Of a DNA stretch of 64,000 nt, positions 1-11,126 are shown one piece after another. A model generated the notes under the pieces. The model was not told the DNA's origin and searched no databases. It saw nothing but the letters and a program-made list of their open reading frames with translations. Made by a program: the position numbers and the translations under genes. Location: NCBI GenBank assembly GCA_963806225.1, contig CAWDXG010000001.1:1-64000 (forward strand). The letters are read 5' to 3'. The DNA is from an uncultured delta proteobacterium (GTDB lineage: Bacteria; Myxococcota_A; Polyangia; Polyangiales; Polyangiaceae). Position 1 is the stretch's first letter. Every line of letters starts with the position of its first letter.

Positions 1-2189
<2,189 letters not shown>

Positions 2190-2371
2190 CCGGATTGGTA
2201 GTCGAACGCGTCATGGTCGCTGTCGCCGTGTCCCGGCTATTCGTCGCGTCCACCCCAGGATCGCTTGGGAAATCCGTGGCGCACGAGGCTAGGTCGAGCG
2301 CTGCAACAAGTGCTCCGCGGGGTTCCGTTCGGCCGCTGTCGGCCTCATGATGACGGCGTGATCCGTCTCAC

Positions 2372-2544
2372 AAGGCCAGGCATTCCAACCCCATTCCCGA
2401 AGTGTACGCCGAGCGGCCCACGCGAGACAGTGGAGTCCGGGTCGGCGGCAGGGATCGGCGCGGACAAGCTGGTGGAAGGGCGTAACCACCTGGAATCAGT
2501 GGACATAACGCTCGATCCACGAAGTCGTCCCCGGGCTATGCTGA
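2372..2544 (-). repeat. 173-bp family-A end module (putative oriIS), stand-alone copy
   Basis: Identical to 6477-6649; ends ...GGGGTTGGAATGCCTGGCCTT on the minus strand; no transposase attached. Confidence 0.9.
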
Positions 2545-3657
2545 AACAGGATCAGCGCAGCAGAGGGCGTTGTCCTGCCTACGGGCCGACGAGGGCGTGT
2601 GCAGTCTGCGCCGAGCAACTCGACGTGCGGCTAGGCGAGCTGCGCTCTGAGCTCGAACGGGAAGCGTGAGCACGCGCGTGCCTGAGCGTCACGCTGCGAC
2701 GGCAGAGTTGTGTTCTGCAAGGTCCAGACGCGGAGCTGCGAACCGATCATGCGCCGGAACGCTAGTGCCCGTATGAGGGCCACAAGGCAGCTTCCGGGCG
2801 ACGTTCGTGCAGGCGAAACGCGACGACCCTCTGTCCTCTGGCAGTCGGGGCATGCTAGCGCGCCAACATCGCGGCCGATGCCAAGATCGACCGTTTTCGA
2901 TGTAGCGCTTCGAGCGTCGGCCGTTGACCAGAGGCACCGTCACCGTGTCCCGCGTGCGGAGCCCTGGCTCGGCTGGCAGGCGTTTGCAGCCCTTCAGCGT
3001 GAGCAGCGTTACCCTGCACGCACGCCGATGACAGCGGCGTGTCGCCTCCGGATGGCGGCGCGAGTGACGTCGGCGTGTGCGGCGCGCAGAGGTGGTAGAC
3101 GCGGCGGTAGTGCGCGCCTGCCCCGGGTGCTCGAGCTTCATGAAGGTGTTCGCCTAGAGCGTGTCGACCTGCTTGCGCGAGCGCGATGGGTTGTCGAGAG
3201 CCAGATCGAGGTAGCGGACCGCCGGTCGGTCCGGATCGCCAGCACGACGCACGCATCTGCGTGGGGCATCCCCGAGCCGGACTGCGAAGTGGTGAGACAG
3301 ATGTCGCCCGCCTTGGCAGTGGGGCACGCAGGGACCGGGATGATCATCGTGTTCCGAGACGTTGAACTCGACAGCGCTGAGCGTCTTGATGGTCGAAGCC
3401 CGGAAGCGGCGCGCGAGCATCCAGCCGCCGTCGTAGATGAACGTTTGCTTGCACCCGCCCTACGCGAAGGCTTCGGCGATCCGGTTCGTCGAGGCGGCCC
3501 GCAGGTAGTCCTCCGTCTTCGCGGTGCCATTGCAGCGGGATAGTCGATAGGCACCGCGCTCGGTGGGTGATTAGGCTCCGGCGCTTCTGCCTTCTGCCTG
3601 GGCGGGGGCGGCGCGGCCACGGCCGAATCCGGCGCGGCAGCGCGTGCTGGATTTCGT

Positions 3658-3828
3658 AAGGCCGGGCATGCTGGCTCTGTGCCTGCTCAACTGTACGCTG
3701 ATCGGCCACCGCGGTCTGTGGTGCCGCTGTGGGTCAAGGGCATGCCAGAGAACGGCGCGGACAAGCTCGTGGAAGGGCGTAACCACCTGGAGATGAGTGG
3801 AACATGCCACTCGATCCACGAATCGTCC
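3658..3828 (-). repeat. Diverged family-A end module
   Basis: Aligns along its length to 2372-2544 (AAGGCCgGGCAT...TGTACGC...GGCGCGGACAAGCTcGTGGAAGGGCGTAACCACCTGGA...CTCGATCCACGAA.TCGTCC). Confidence 0.85.
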
Positions 3829-4178
3829 AGGTGATGAAGGAGGTGCGCGCGCCAGCGATCTTCTGGGGGCGCGCACCGAAGTGCGGCGACCCGCTCGTCC
3901 TTCAGCGCAACATCGTGATCGACGGGCACGCCGCGACGCCGCTGTACCTGGAACCGCTCGACAAGCTCGGCTTCCTCTCCTGCGACGTGACGAACATCGT
4001 GCACGCCATCCGCCCGCGCGGACCGGCGGCAATCATCGGCGTCGGCGGTTCGCGCGACATCCAGGCGGCACTGAAGTTCGGACACTCGCCGGTCGTCGGG
4101 CTCGAGTTCAACGATCGCCTGCTCCAGATCCTGCGAGGACCGTTCGGCGCACCGACCGGCATCGCCGAGCGACCCGAC
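3829..4178 (+). pseudogene. Internal fragment of a spermidine-synthase-like SAM-dependent protein
   Basis: IVIDGHAATPLY...AAIIGVGGSRDIQAALKFGHSPVVGLEFNDRL; no native start or stop. Confidence 0.65.
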
Positions 4179-4499
4179 CCTGGGATTGACGACCGTGTGG
4201 CCGTGCGGATCCACGGGATCGAGCTCGATGGGACCGCACACCACGCTCGCGTCCGGATAGGTGCCGAGCCCGGTCGCGACGACACGGATCCGCAGATCCG
4301 ACGTGAACACCTCGCAGCTCCGGCCCCGGAGCGCGATGGTCAGCTGGGCGATGAGCCGCGCAGCAATCGCAGCGTGCCGCGGCGAGCCGCCCGCCATCGC
4401 CCACACCCGCCCCCCGGAAAACTCGTGCTTGACGCTGCTGTCTTCCTCGAGACGCACGTAGTCCGCGAAGCTGAACACGTGGTGGGCCGACTGCGCCAT
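4179..4499 (-). pseudogene. Uma2-family (DUF820) endonuclease, 3'-truncated
   Basis: KHEFSGGRVWAMAGGSPRH...VFTSDLRIRV...YPDASVVCG...VVNP, then breaks off before the expected EVLS motif. Confidence 0.85.
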
Positions 4500-4575
4500 G
4501 CGCCAAGCTTACCATGCGCTTCCGGGCGCGGTATCCGGCGGCGATGGCGCCCGGGAGCGGCTGCCCGGTTCCGCG

Positions 4576-5031
4576 TCAGAGGCCGTCGCTGGACGCGTCC
4601 GCCGCCGCTGCGTCCGCGGCGCCGTCCGGCGCGCCACCTTCCGCAGGGACGAGGTGGAGCGTGATGTTCTCGCCGACAGGAGCGTGGCCGGGACATCCGC
4701 CGGCCATGCCGCTGATGTGGAGCGTCGCGTGCGCGTCCAGGTACCCTGGCTTGCTCGCGGTCACCTCGTAGTCCCCATTGCCCAGAGTCCCGTTGTCCAC
4801 CGCGTAGACGCAACCTGCATCCTGAACGCCCGCTTGTGCGGCCGCCGGATAGCCGTCGGCCGTCACCGTCGCGTCGCAGACATCGCTACCGTCTGGCGCC
4901 AGGACCGTGATGAAGGAGTAGCTGTCCAAGCGGACGCCGGAACACTGCGCTGGGCTGCTGGTGCACCCCGCCAGCAGCAACCCGGCGACGAGCACGGTCC
5001 AGAAGCCTGTCAGGCCTGCGACCTTGCTCAC
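4576..5031 (-). CDS. Putative lipoprotein
   Basis: GTG start overlapping the upstream TGA; lipobox-like LLLAGC. Confidence 0.7.
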   Translation of the reverse strand: MSKVAGLTGFWTVLVAGLLLAGCTSSPAQCSGVRLDSYSFITVLAPDGSDVCDATVTADGYPAAAQAGVQDAGCVYAVDNGTLGNGDYEVTASKPGYLDAHATLHISGMAGGCPGHAPVGENITLHLVPAEGGAPDGAADAAAADASSDGL

Positions 5032-6470
5032 GGCAACCCCGTCTGGATCTGCGTCATGTCTCCATACGGCACCCTGACGACGGCCGATGCGTACTCGTCG
5101 TTCCCCGTCGGCGCGATGGTGCCCCAGAGCTCGCTGGGCGCCGGGTAGTTCTGCTCGCCCCACGAGTAGCCCTGCGGCAGGTCGCTGGTCCAGGCCCGAC
5201 CGGTCGAAACGTCGACCACCAGCGCCTCGCCCGCGCCGACGGTGGAAAAGAATCGCGCCGTGAACAAGCCGTTCGCCAGCGTTGCATACCCGTAGAACTG
5301 GTGCGTGCCCGACACGAGGAGCTGCCGCTGGAGCTTGCTGGGGTCGGTCGTGAAGGGGGACCGGTACAGATCGTATCGGCCGGACACCAGCCGGTCCGGA
5401 TTCTTGGGATCGTAGCTGAGCTGGCTGCCCTCGTTCCAGACGATCCATTTCCCGTCGGTTGCAAACTTGTCAACGTCAACGTCGGGACCGCCGATGAAGG
5501 GCTTGATGACGCCATCTTGAACGATCATCCAGTCGGACTTGTTCGTGAAGTGCATGACGAATACGGCGTCGCCCGAGATCACCGCCCTGTCGTACTCGCC
5601 TGGAAGAGCCCCGGGCATGGTATCGACCTTCGAGGCAGTGCCGGTCTTGACGTCGGCCAGTGCGAGGAAGCCGGTGAACTCGTCCACGATCCAGTCGGCG
5701 GTCAGCCACGATCCCTCGGACGAATCGTTTCCGACGAACGCGTCCGTGTAGGCGAAGTCCGGCTGCGTCGCGGTCAAGAGCTCGCGCGCGCGATCGGCCG
5801 GCCGTAGCAACCAGCGCTCATCCGTCAAGTGCGCGGCGCGGTAGTTCATCCCGACAGTCTTGTTGTCCTGCCCTGCCACAAGCACTGCCGACCCGCAGAT
5901 GGCCGGCCCCCCGCGGACGCCCATCACCGCGCGCCCCTGCGCGCTGTACAGCGCGACGATGTCGCCCCCGCCGGGCTGGCGCATTCCGAAGTAGAAGAAG
6001 TCCGGTTCGGCTCCGAACCCCCGCACGCTTGACATGGCAGGCCGGTCCTGGGCCTGCGGATCGGGCCACCACGGCGTCTCCAACCACTTGCAGCCCGGAC
6101 ACCAGTCGTCCCGTGCATCCCATTTCAACGCCGGGATCCGGAGCGCCGGGTCGTCCGGCACGCAGCCGGAAAAGCAGCCCTTGGGCAATCCCGGCGCGCG
6201 GTACCAGCCGGGAAAGCCAGGGCACGCTTCCGCGCCCGGGTACGGCAGGCCGTCCTGCGCCGGGCCGTCCGACGTGGCGCCGTCCGCAGCCGCGGCGGCG
6301 TCCGGCGCGGCGTCGACCGCCGGTTTCTTCGTGGGCGTACCCTGCTGGTAGCCGCCGGTGCCGCCGGGACGACCACTGCCGCTCGTGTTGCAGCCGGACC
6401 AGAGGCCCCACGCGATGGCCGCCCCGGCGAGCGTCGCGGCGGCCGCATGGCGTCGCATCAGTCGCACCAT
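5028..6470 (-). CDS. Secreted/lipoprotein of unknown function
   Basis: ~480-aa ORF with hydrophobic N-terminus ending WSGC and a DAA/DG-rich linker; ATG 6 bp from the family-A end. Confidence 0.8.
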   Translation of the reverse strand: MVRLMRRHAAAATLAGAAIAWGLWSGCNTSGSGRPGGTGGYQQGTPTKKPAVDAAPDAAAAADGATSDGPAQDGLPYPGAEACPGFPGWYRAPGLPKGCFSGCVPDDPALRIPALKWDARDDWCPGCKWLETPWWPDPQAQDRPAMSSVRGFGAEPDFFYFGMRQPGGGDIVALYSAQGRAVMGVRGGPAICGSAVLVAGQDNKTVGMNYRAAHLTDERWLLRPADRARELLTATQPDFAYTDAFVGNDSSEGSWLTADWIVDEFTGFLALADVKTGTASKVDTMPGALPGEYDRAVISGDAVFVMHFTNKSDWMIVQDGVIKPFIGGPDVDVDKFATDGKWIVWNEGSQLSYDPKNPDRLVSGRYDLYRSPFTTDPSKLQRQLLVSGTHQFYGYATLANGLFTARFFSTVGAGEALVVDVSTGRAWTSDLPQGYSWGEQNYPAPSELWGTIAPTGNDEYASAVVRVPYGDMTQIQTGLP

Positions 6471-6476
6471 GACAGG

Positions 6477-6649
6477 AAGGCCAGGCATTCCAACCCCATT
6501 CCCGAAGTGTACGCCGAGCGGCCCACGCGAGACAGTGGAGTCCGGGTCGGCGGCAGGGATCGGCGCGGACAAGCTGGTGGAAGGGCGTAACCACCTGGAA
6601 TCAGTGGACATAACGCTCGATCCACGAAGTCGTCCCCGGGCTATGCTGA
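6477..6649 (-). repeat. Family-A end module (putative oriIS) downstream of transposase A
   Basis: Lies 88 bp after the transposase stop, behind a 14-bp palindrome GCGCACCGGTGCGC (6661-6674) also present in family B. Confidence 0.85.
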
Positions 6650-6737
6650 TCGAATCCAACGCGCACCGGTGCGCTGGGTCGCGGGAGGCGGCCCGGCTCT
6701 GGGCTTGGGTTGGGCGCTCGCCAGGCGCGCGGTCTGG

Positions 6738-8486
6738 CTAGGGGTCGGGCGGGGGCAGGTCGAGGAGATCGGGCGCGGCGTGGGCTGGCCGGATCGGTGG
6801 CGGGGTCGAGGGGAGACTTAGCGCTTCGAGGACGGTGCGGGCCTCGTCGGGATCCGTGACGAGCTCGGTGAAGCGGAGGCGCCCGCCACAGGGGCAGGCG
6901 AGGGCGTCGATGTCGTAGACGCGGCCCAGCAGGGTGGCCCAGTCGATGCGGGAGATGGCGCTCTCGAAGGTGCGGAGAGTGTCGCAGTCCGCGCCGGCAC
7001 GAGAGGCAGGTGCGTCTGCGTCGGCGGTGACACTGGGGGTTGGCTCTGGTGCTCGTGGAAGGCACGCAGCGTTCGGCAGAGTGCGGCGGGTGGCCGTCGC
7101 GCTTTCGGTGGGTGCCTCCGTGCAGCGCCTGGGCGGTGGATCGTCCGGGCGCCTGGCTTCTCGCTTCGCGGCCGCGCCCGAGCATGATTGCGGATTCCGT
7201 TCGACGCCGGCTCTGGGCGCCAATGCGACAACGGCGCCCCGGTGGGGAAAGTTGGGTGCGATGGCGCCGTGGAAGCGGATGAGTGGCGTGCGCGGTGGCG
7301 GCACGAGCGCGGCGAGACGAGCGAGAAATTCGAGCGGCTCCATCACGCGATGGGTCTGGTCGGGGCGCCAGGGGCTCTTGATCTGGTAGGCGACGTGGCC
7401 GCTGGGGAGCAGGCTCAAGCGCTCGAGACTGAACGGCGGGCGACCGCAGTAGCGGAGCAGCAGCTCGCGGCCGAATCTGTTGTGCGCGGGGACGCACACG
7501 GCAGCGTGCAGGCCGAAGCCCTGCGCCTCACCCAGGTAGCGGCTGCGGCGACCGCGCGGCGGCTGGAGTTTGGCGAGCTCGGCCTGCTCTCCAGCGTCCG
7601 CAGGCCGAGCGTTCTCGCCGGGCACGGATGCGAGCACGCCGATGCCAAGGGACAGCTGGCTACAGCTATCGAGGGCGGATTGCTCCGGTGGCTCGTTGTT
7701 GAAGTGATCGGGCTCGGGCGTGATGAGGCCGCGGCGTTCGAGCCAGCGGGTGAAGCGGGTGGCGATGCGATCACAGAGGGCGTCGATCTCGTCGCGCCCG
7801 GGTGGCGGGAGCTGGTGGAAGCGAGCGCGAGGAGCGGCGCCGGGCGTGGAGCCCGGCTCGATCGCAAACACACCGTCGACGAACGCGGCGTGGTTGTGGG
7901 TGTTGAGGTTGAGGCTGCCGCCAAAGCGCTGCGGAAATGAGACGCCCGCGCCGCGCACGCGCACGCTCTGACCGGCATGCTTCCCGATGCCAGCCTGTCG
8001 GGCACGGCGCTCGTGGAAGCGGAGCAACTCTTCGGCCTGGATGCGGCACATGGCGCCGAAGGCACGAGCGTTGCTGGCCAGGAGCAGGCGCAGGTCGAAG
8101 GGTACGGTGAGCACCCACTGGCGCAGCGGCACGTCGGGGAAGACGCGGTCGACGAGATGGGCGGCGGTGTTGTGCATCCGGCGGGCGTTGCACGAAGGGC
8201 AGACGCCGCGGCGCTTGCACGAGAAGGCGACGAGCAGCGGCGCACCACAAAGCCGGCACTCGGCCCGGGCGAAGCCGTGCGCGAGGATGCCGCACTTCAA
8301 GTACGCGCGAAGCTCTTGCTCGACGTAGCGTGGCAAGCCGCGGGCGTAGCGCTCGCGAGCTTCCTCCAGGAAGGCCTCGAGGTGTTGCTGCACGATCCGG
8401 TACAGCGCCGTCTGTTCGGGCTGGCGGCGGCGCCGGTAGCCGGGCGAGGCAACGTCGCTGATGTCGGGAGCGCGCGGGCGCAGCAC
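6738..8486 (-). CDS. IS91/ISCR-like rolling-circle HUH transposase (family A)
   Basis: Zn-binding N-terminus CGILAHGF..C..C..FSCKRRGVCPSC, RQWVLTVP, HUH-type LNTHNH, single-Tyr LLLRYCGRPP, MEPLEFLARLAALVPPPR. Confidence 0.93.
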   Translation of the reverse strand: MLRPRAPDISDVASPGYRRRRQPEQTALYRIVQQHLEAFLEEARERYARGLPRYVEQELRAYLKCGILAHGFARAECRLCGAPLLVAFSCKRRGVCPSCNARRMHNTAAHLVDRVFPDVPLRQWVLTVPFDLRLLLASNARAFGAMCRIQAEELLRFHERRARQAGIGKHAGQSVRVRGAGVSFPQRFGGSLNLNTHNHAAFVDGVFAIEPGSTPGAAPRARFHQLPPPGRDEIDALCDRIATRFTRWLERRGLITPEPDHFNNEPPEQSALDSCSQLSLGIGVLASVPGENARPADAGEQAELAKLQPPRGRRSRYLGEAQGFGLHAAVCVPAHNRFGRELLLRYCGRPPFSLERLSLLPSGHVAYQIKSPWRPDQTHRVMEPLEFLARLAALVPPPRTPLIRFHGAIAPNFPHRGAVVALAPRAGVERNPQSCSGAAAKREARRPDDPPPRRCTEAPTESATATRRTLPNAACLPRAPEPTPSVTADADAPASRAGADCDTLRTFESAISRIDWATLLGRVYDIDALACPCGGRLRFTELVTDPDEARTVLEALSLPSTPPPIRPAHAAPDLLDLPPPDP

Positions 8487-8531
8487 GTGCTGCGCTTTGG
8501 CAAGCGGCGCGCCCGCGCCAAGCGCGCGGGA

Positions 8532-8993
8532 TCACACGCGCCAGGGGTGGCGGGGGCCTGGTTCGCCGGCGGCGGTCGCCAGGCTGGCCAGCTCCGTGAC
8601 CCCTGCGCACGCTCGCCGGCGGGCTTCCAGCTCTCGCGCCAGCGCCTCCACAGCTGCCCACTGTCCGGCCTGAGCGGCGCGCTGCACGGCGTCCGCAAGG
8701 GCAGCCTCGACGGCATCACCGGGCGCGGTGAGCGTCGTGGCGAGGTCGTCGGCGGTCGCCTCCAGAGCGGCGGCGAGAGCCCGATCCCAGGCCTCGGCAA
8801 CGTGCCTCTGATTGCCCACGGGATTGCCCATGAGCGGTCCGCGGGCGTCCGTAGGCGTCTGCTCGTCCTCGCGGATCTGGCTGTTTTCCTGCTCCCTGGC
8901 TGCGCCGCTCTCGAACCTCAAGCTAGCGCGTCTGCCAGTTCCGCCACCTTCGCGGGTGATTTCGTGGGCAATCGGTGGGCGTTCATTGCCCAC
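8532..8993 (-). CDS. Small 'ELEARR' hypothetical ORF next to a tRNA fragment
   Basis: VEAALADAVQRAAQAGQWAAVEALARELEARR, similar to the ORF at 49203-49604; start uncertain. Confidence 0.45.
   Translation of the reverse strand: MGNERPPIAHEITREGGGTGRRASLRFESGAAREQENSQIREDEQTPTDARGPLMGNPVGNQRHVAEAWDRALAAALEATADDLATTLTAPGDAVEAALADAVQRAAQAGQWAAVEALARELEARRRACAGVTELASLATAAGEPGPRHPWRV
8915..8953 (-). other. 5' half of tRNA-Leu(GAG), att-like remnant, not a complete tRNA
   Basis: GCGAAGGTGGCGGAACTGGCAGACGCGCTAGCTTGAGGT = acceptor 5' strand, D-arm and anticodon loop TTGAGGT; the tRNA pattern stops after the loop. Confidence 0.8.
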
Positions 8994-9124
8994 GGACAGC
9001 TCCGGAGTCAGGGACAGGGGGTCTACATCACCCAGGGCCAGCTCCGCAAGCGCCTTCGCTTACGGCCGGTAGCTGAGCAGCTCCGCGGACTTGCTCCCCG
9101 AAGCGGCCCCTGTTCGGCCCGCTC

Positions 9125-9181
9125 TCGTGTAAAGGCCGCGGGTTCTGCCCATCGTGCCTCGGCCGGCGCATGGCCTCCACC
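9125..9181 (+). pseudogene. 57-bp fragment of a further IS91-like transposase Zn-binding domain
   Basis: Translates SCKGRGFCPSCLGRRMAST, with codons differing from family B. Confidence 0.8.
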
Positions 9182-9184
9182 GCC

Positions 9185-9234
9185 CCCGCGCGGCGCGGCA
9201 CTCCACGGTGCGCCGCGCTGCCGCGCCGCGCGGG
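9185..9234 (+). other. 16-bp perfect hairpin at the left end of element B (putative terIS)
   Basis: CCCGCGCGGCGCGGCA-18 nt-TGCCGCGCCGCGCGGG; also present at about 30970-31019. Confidence 0.75.
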
Positions 9235-9397
9235 CCCGCCAAGGCCGGGCTGGCGCCCGGCCGGGGGCCCCACGCGGAGGAGCGCCGTGCTGGCGGCCGC
9301 CGCCGGCGGAGCGTGGCGCCGCCACCCCGCCACCAGCGCGAAGTAGCGGAGATCACGGCCCGGCCGCCCCGGCACGCCGGTTGCGCAGCTGCGCGCC

Positions 9398-10942
9398 GTG
9401 TCCGCCGCATCCGCCGCACGGGTCGGGGTCGCGAGGCCCACGTACGCGCGCCGCCGCCCGGAGACGAGCGCGCTCTACCGCGTGGTGCAGGACAACCTGC
9501 GGACGCTCTACGCCGCCATCGACCAGGGCTTCGCCCGGCCGCTTCCCGGCTTCGTCCGCGCCGAGCTCGAGCGCTTCGTCGACTGCGGCGTGCTCGCCCG
9601 CGGCTTCGCCGTGCTGGCGTGCCCGGACTGCGGCGAGCGACTCGTTGTCGCGTTCTCGTGCAAGGGCCGAGGCTTCTGTCCATCGTGTGCGGGCCGACGC
9701 ATGGCGTCCACGGCCGCGGATCTCGTCGAGCACGTCCTGCCGCCCGCTGCGCCGCTGCGCCAGTGGGTACTCACGCTGCCGTTCGAGCTGAGAGCCCGGC
9801 TCGCCTACGACGGGGAGCTCTCGGGCGCGGTGTGCCGCGGGTTCGTCGACTCCGTGCTCGGCTTCTACCGACGCCGCCTCGGGGCGCACGGCATCCGCGC
9901 CGGCAAGGGCGGCGCGGTCACCGCCGTGCAACGGGTCTCGAGCGATCTGCGGCTCAATCCCCACTTCCACACGCTGGCGCTGGATGGAGTGTTCGCCGAA
10001 GACGAGGAGGGCGGCGAGCTCTCGTTCCACGCGCTGCCGTGTCTCACCAACGACAACGTCGCCGACCTCTTGCAGATCGCGCGCACGCGCATCCTCGCGC
10101 TCCTCCGTCGCAAGCGCGTGATCACCGACGACGCCGTCACGGCCGACGCCGCGCTCGGCGAGAGCGAGCCCGCGCTGGCAGAGCTCGCCGTCGCCTCGAC
10201 GCTCGGCAGCGTGCCGGCAGGACCCGCGCTGCGCCGCCGCGAGCCCGTCCGGCTGCGCGACGACCGCGGCCTGGAAGTCACCAAGGGTCTGTGCGCCGTG
10301 GAGGGCGGCTTCTCGCTCCATGCCGCCACTACCGCGAGCGCCAGCGACGTCGCGGGAAAGGAAGCCCTCTGCCGCTACATCCTCCGCCCGCCGATCGCCG
10401 CCGAGCGCGTGCAGCTCGTCGAGGGCGACCTCGTCCGCCTGGTGCTGAAGCGGCCGTTCAGCGACGGGACATTCGCCATCGATCTGGATCCGCTCTCGCT
10501 GCTCTGCCGGCTCGCGACGGCGGTGCCGCCCCCGCGCTTCAACACGGTGAGATACGCCGGCGTGCTCGCGGCGGCGAGCAAGTGGCGCGCGCGCATCGTG
10601 CCGCCGCTGCCACCGGAAACAGGCAGCGACGACGAGTGCGCGAGGTGCACCGCCAGGAAGGCCAAGCCGGCCACCCACCGCTCGGGCTATCGCCCGTGGG
10701 CGGAGCTCTTGAAGCGCTCCTTCCGCATCGAGGTCGAGCTCTGCAGCAAGTGCGGCGGACGCTTGAAAATGCGCGCGCTGGTGATCACCGCCGCCGGCAT
10801 CCGCCGCTACCTCCGCTGGCTCGGCGAGGCCAGCGAGCCGCCAACCCTCGCTCCCGCGCGGGGGCCGCCGCTCTTTTCGAGCCGCGTCATCCGCCGAAGG
10901 CTCGGTGAGCCCGTGCAGGCGGAGCTGTTCGACGCGCACTGA
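9398..10942 (+). CDS. IS91/ISCR-like HUH transposase (family B), intact
   Basis: CGVLARGF..CPDC..FSCKGRGFCPSC, RQWVLTLP, HUH LNPHFH, GFSLHA, single-Tyr ALCRYILRPP, C-terminal CxxCGG. Confidence 0.95.
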   Translation: MSAASAARVGVARPTYARRRPETSALYRVVQDNLRTLYAAIDQGFARPLPGFVRAELERFVDCGVLARGFAVLACPDCGERLVVAFSCKGRGFCPSCAGRRMASTAADLVEHVLPPAAPLRQWVLTLPFELRARLAYDGELSGAVCRGFVDSVLGFYRRRLGAHGIRAGKGGAVTAVQRVSSDLRLNPHFHTLALDGVFAEDEEGGELSFHALPCLTNDNVADLLQIARTRILALLRRKRVITDDAVTADAALGESEPALAELAVASTLGSVPAGPALRRREPVRLRDDRGLEVTKGLCAVEGGFSLHAATTASASDVAGKEALCRYILRPPIAAERVQLVEGDLVRLVLKRPFSDGTFAIDLDPLSLLCRLATAVPPPRFNTVRYAGVLAAASKWRARIVPPLPPETGSDDECARCTARKAKPATHRSGYRPWAELLKRSFRIEVELCSKCGGRLKMRALVITAAGIRRYLRWLGEASEPPTLAPARGPPLFSSRVIRRRLGEPVQAELFDAH

Positions 10943-11126
10943 ACGCGCCGTCGCCGGCGCACCGGTGCGCCTCGAGCGCGCTACCCGCCGCGACGCAGGC
11001 CCGACCGAGCGCCGAATGGCCACGCCGCAGCCTTCCTATCCGCCCTGGCAACCGCACCTGCTCCCTTGCCGCCCGGAGCCTGCGCGCCCTGGCGTCGCGG
11101 GCGGGACGCTCATGTTACCTACGCGC

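Larger units (their letters stand above)
9182..11126 (+). mobile_element. Full-length IS91/ISCR-like element, family B copy 1 (~1945 bp)
   Basis: Left end shared with the copy ending at 31022; right end ...CATGTTACCTACGCGC shared with other copies; no terminal IRs or target duplication seen. Confidence 0.92.

Noticed and set aside
2710..3620. ORFs 2710-3543 (+) and 3138-3620 (-)
   Set aside because: No recognisable motifs. A minus-strand frame looks protein-like but has internal stops, so it is probably a decayed fragment I cannot assign.
8915..8953. Functional tRNA-Leu gene
   Set aside because: Only the 5' half is present; the matching 3' piece is 40 kb away on the other strand.
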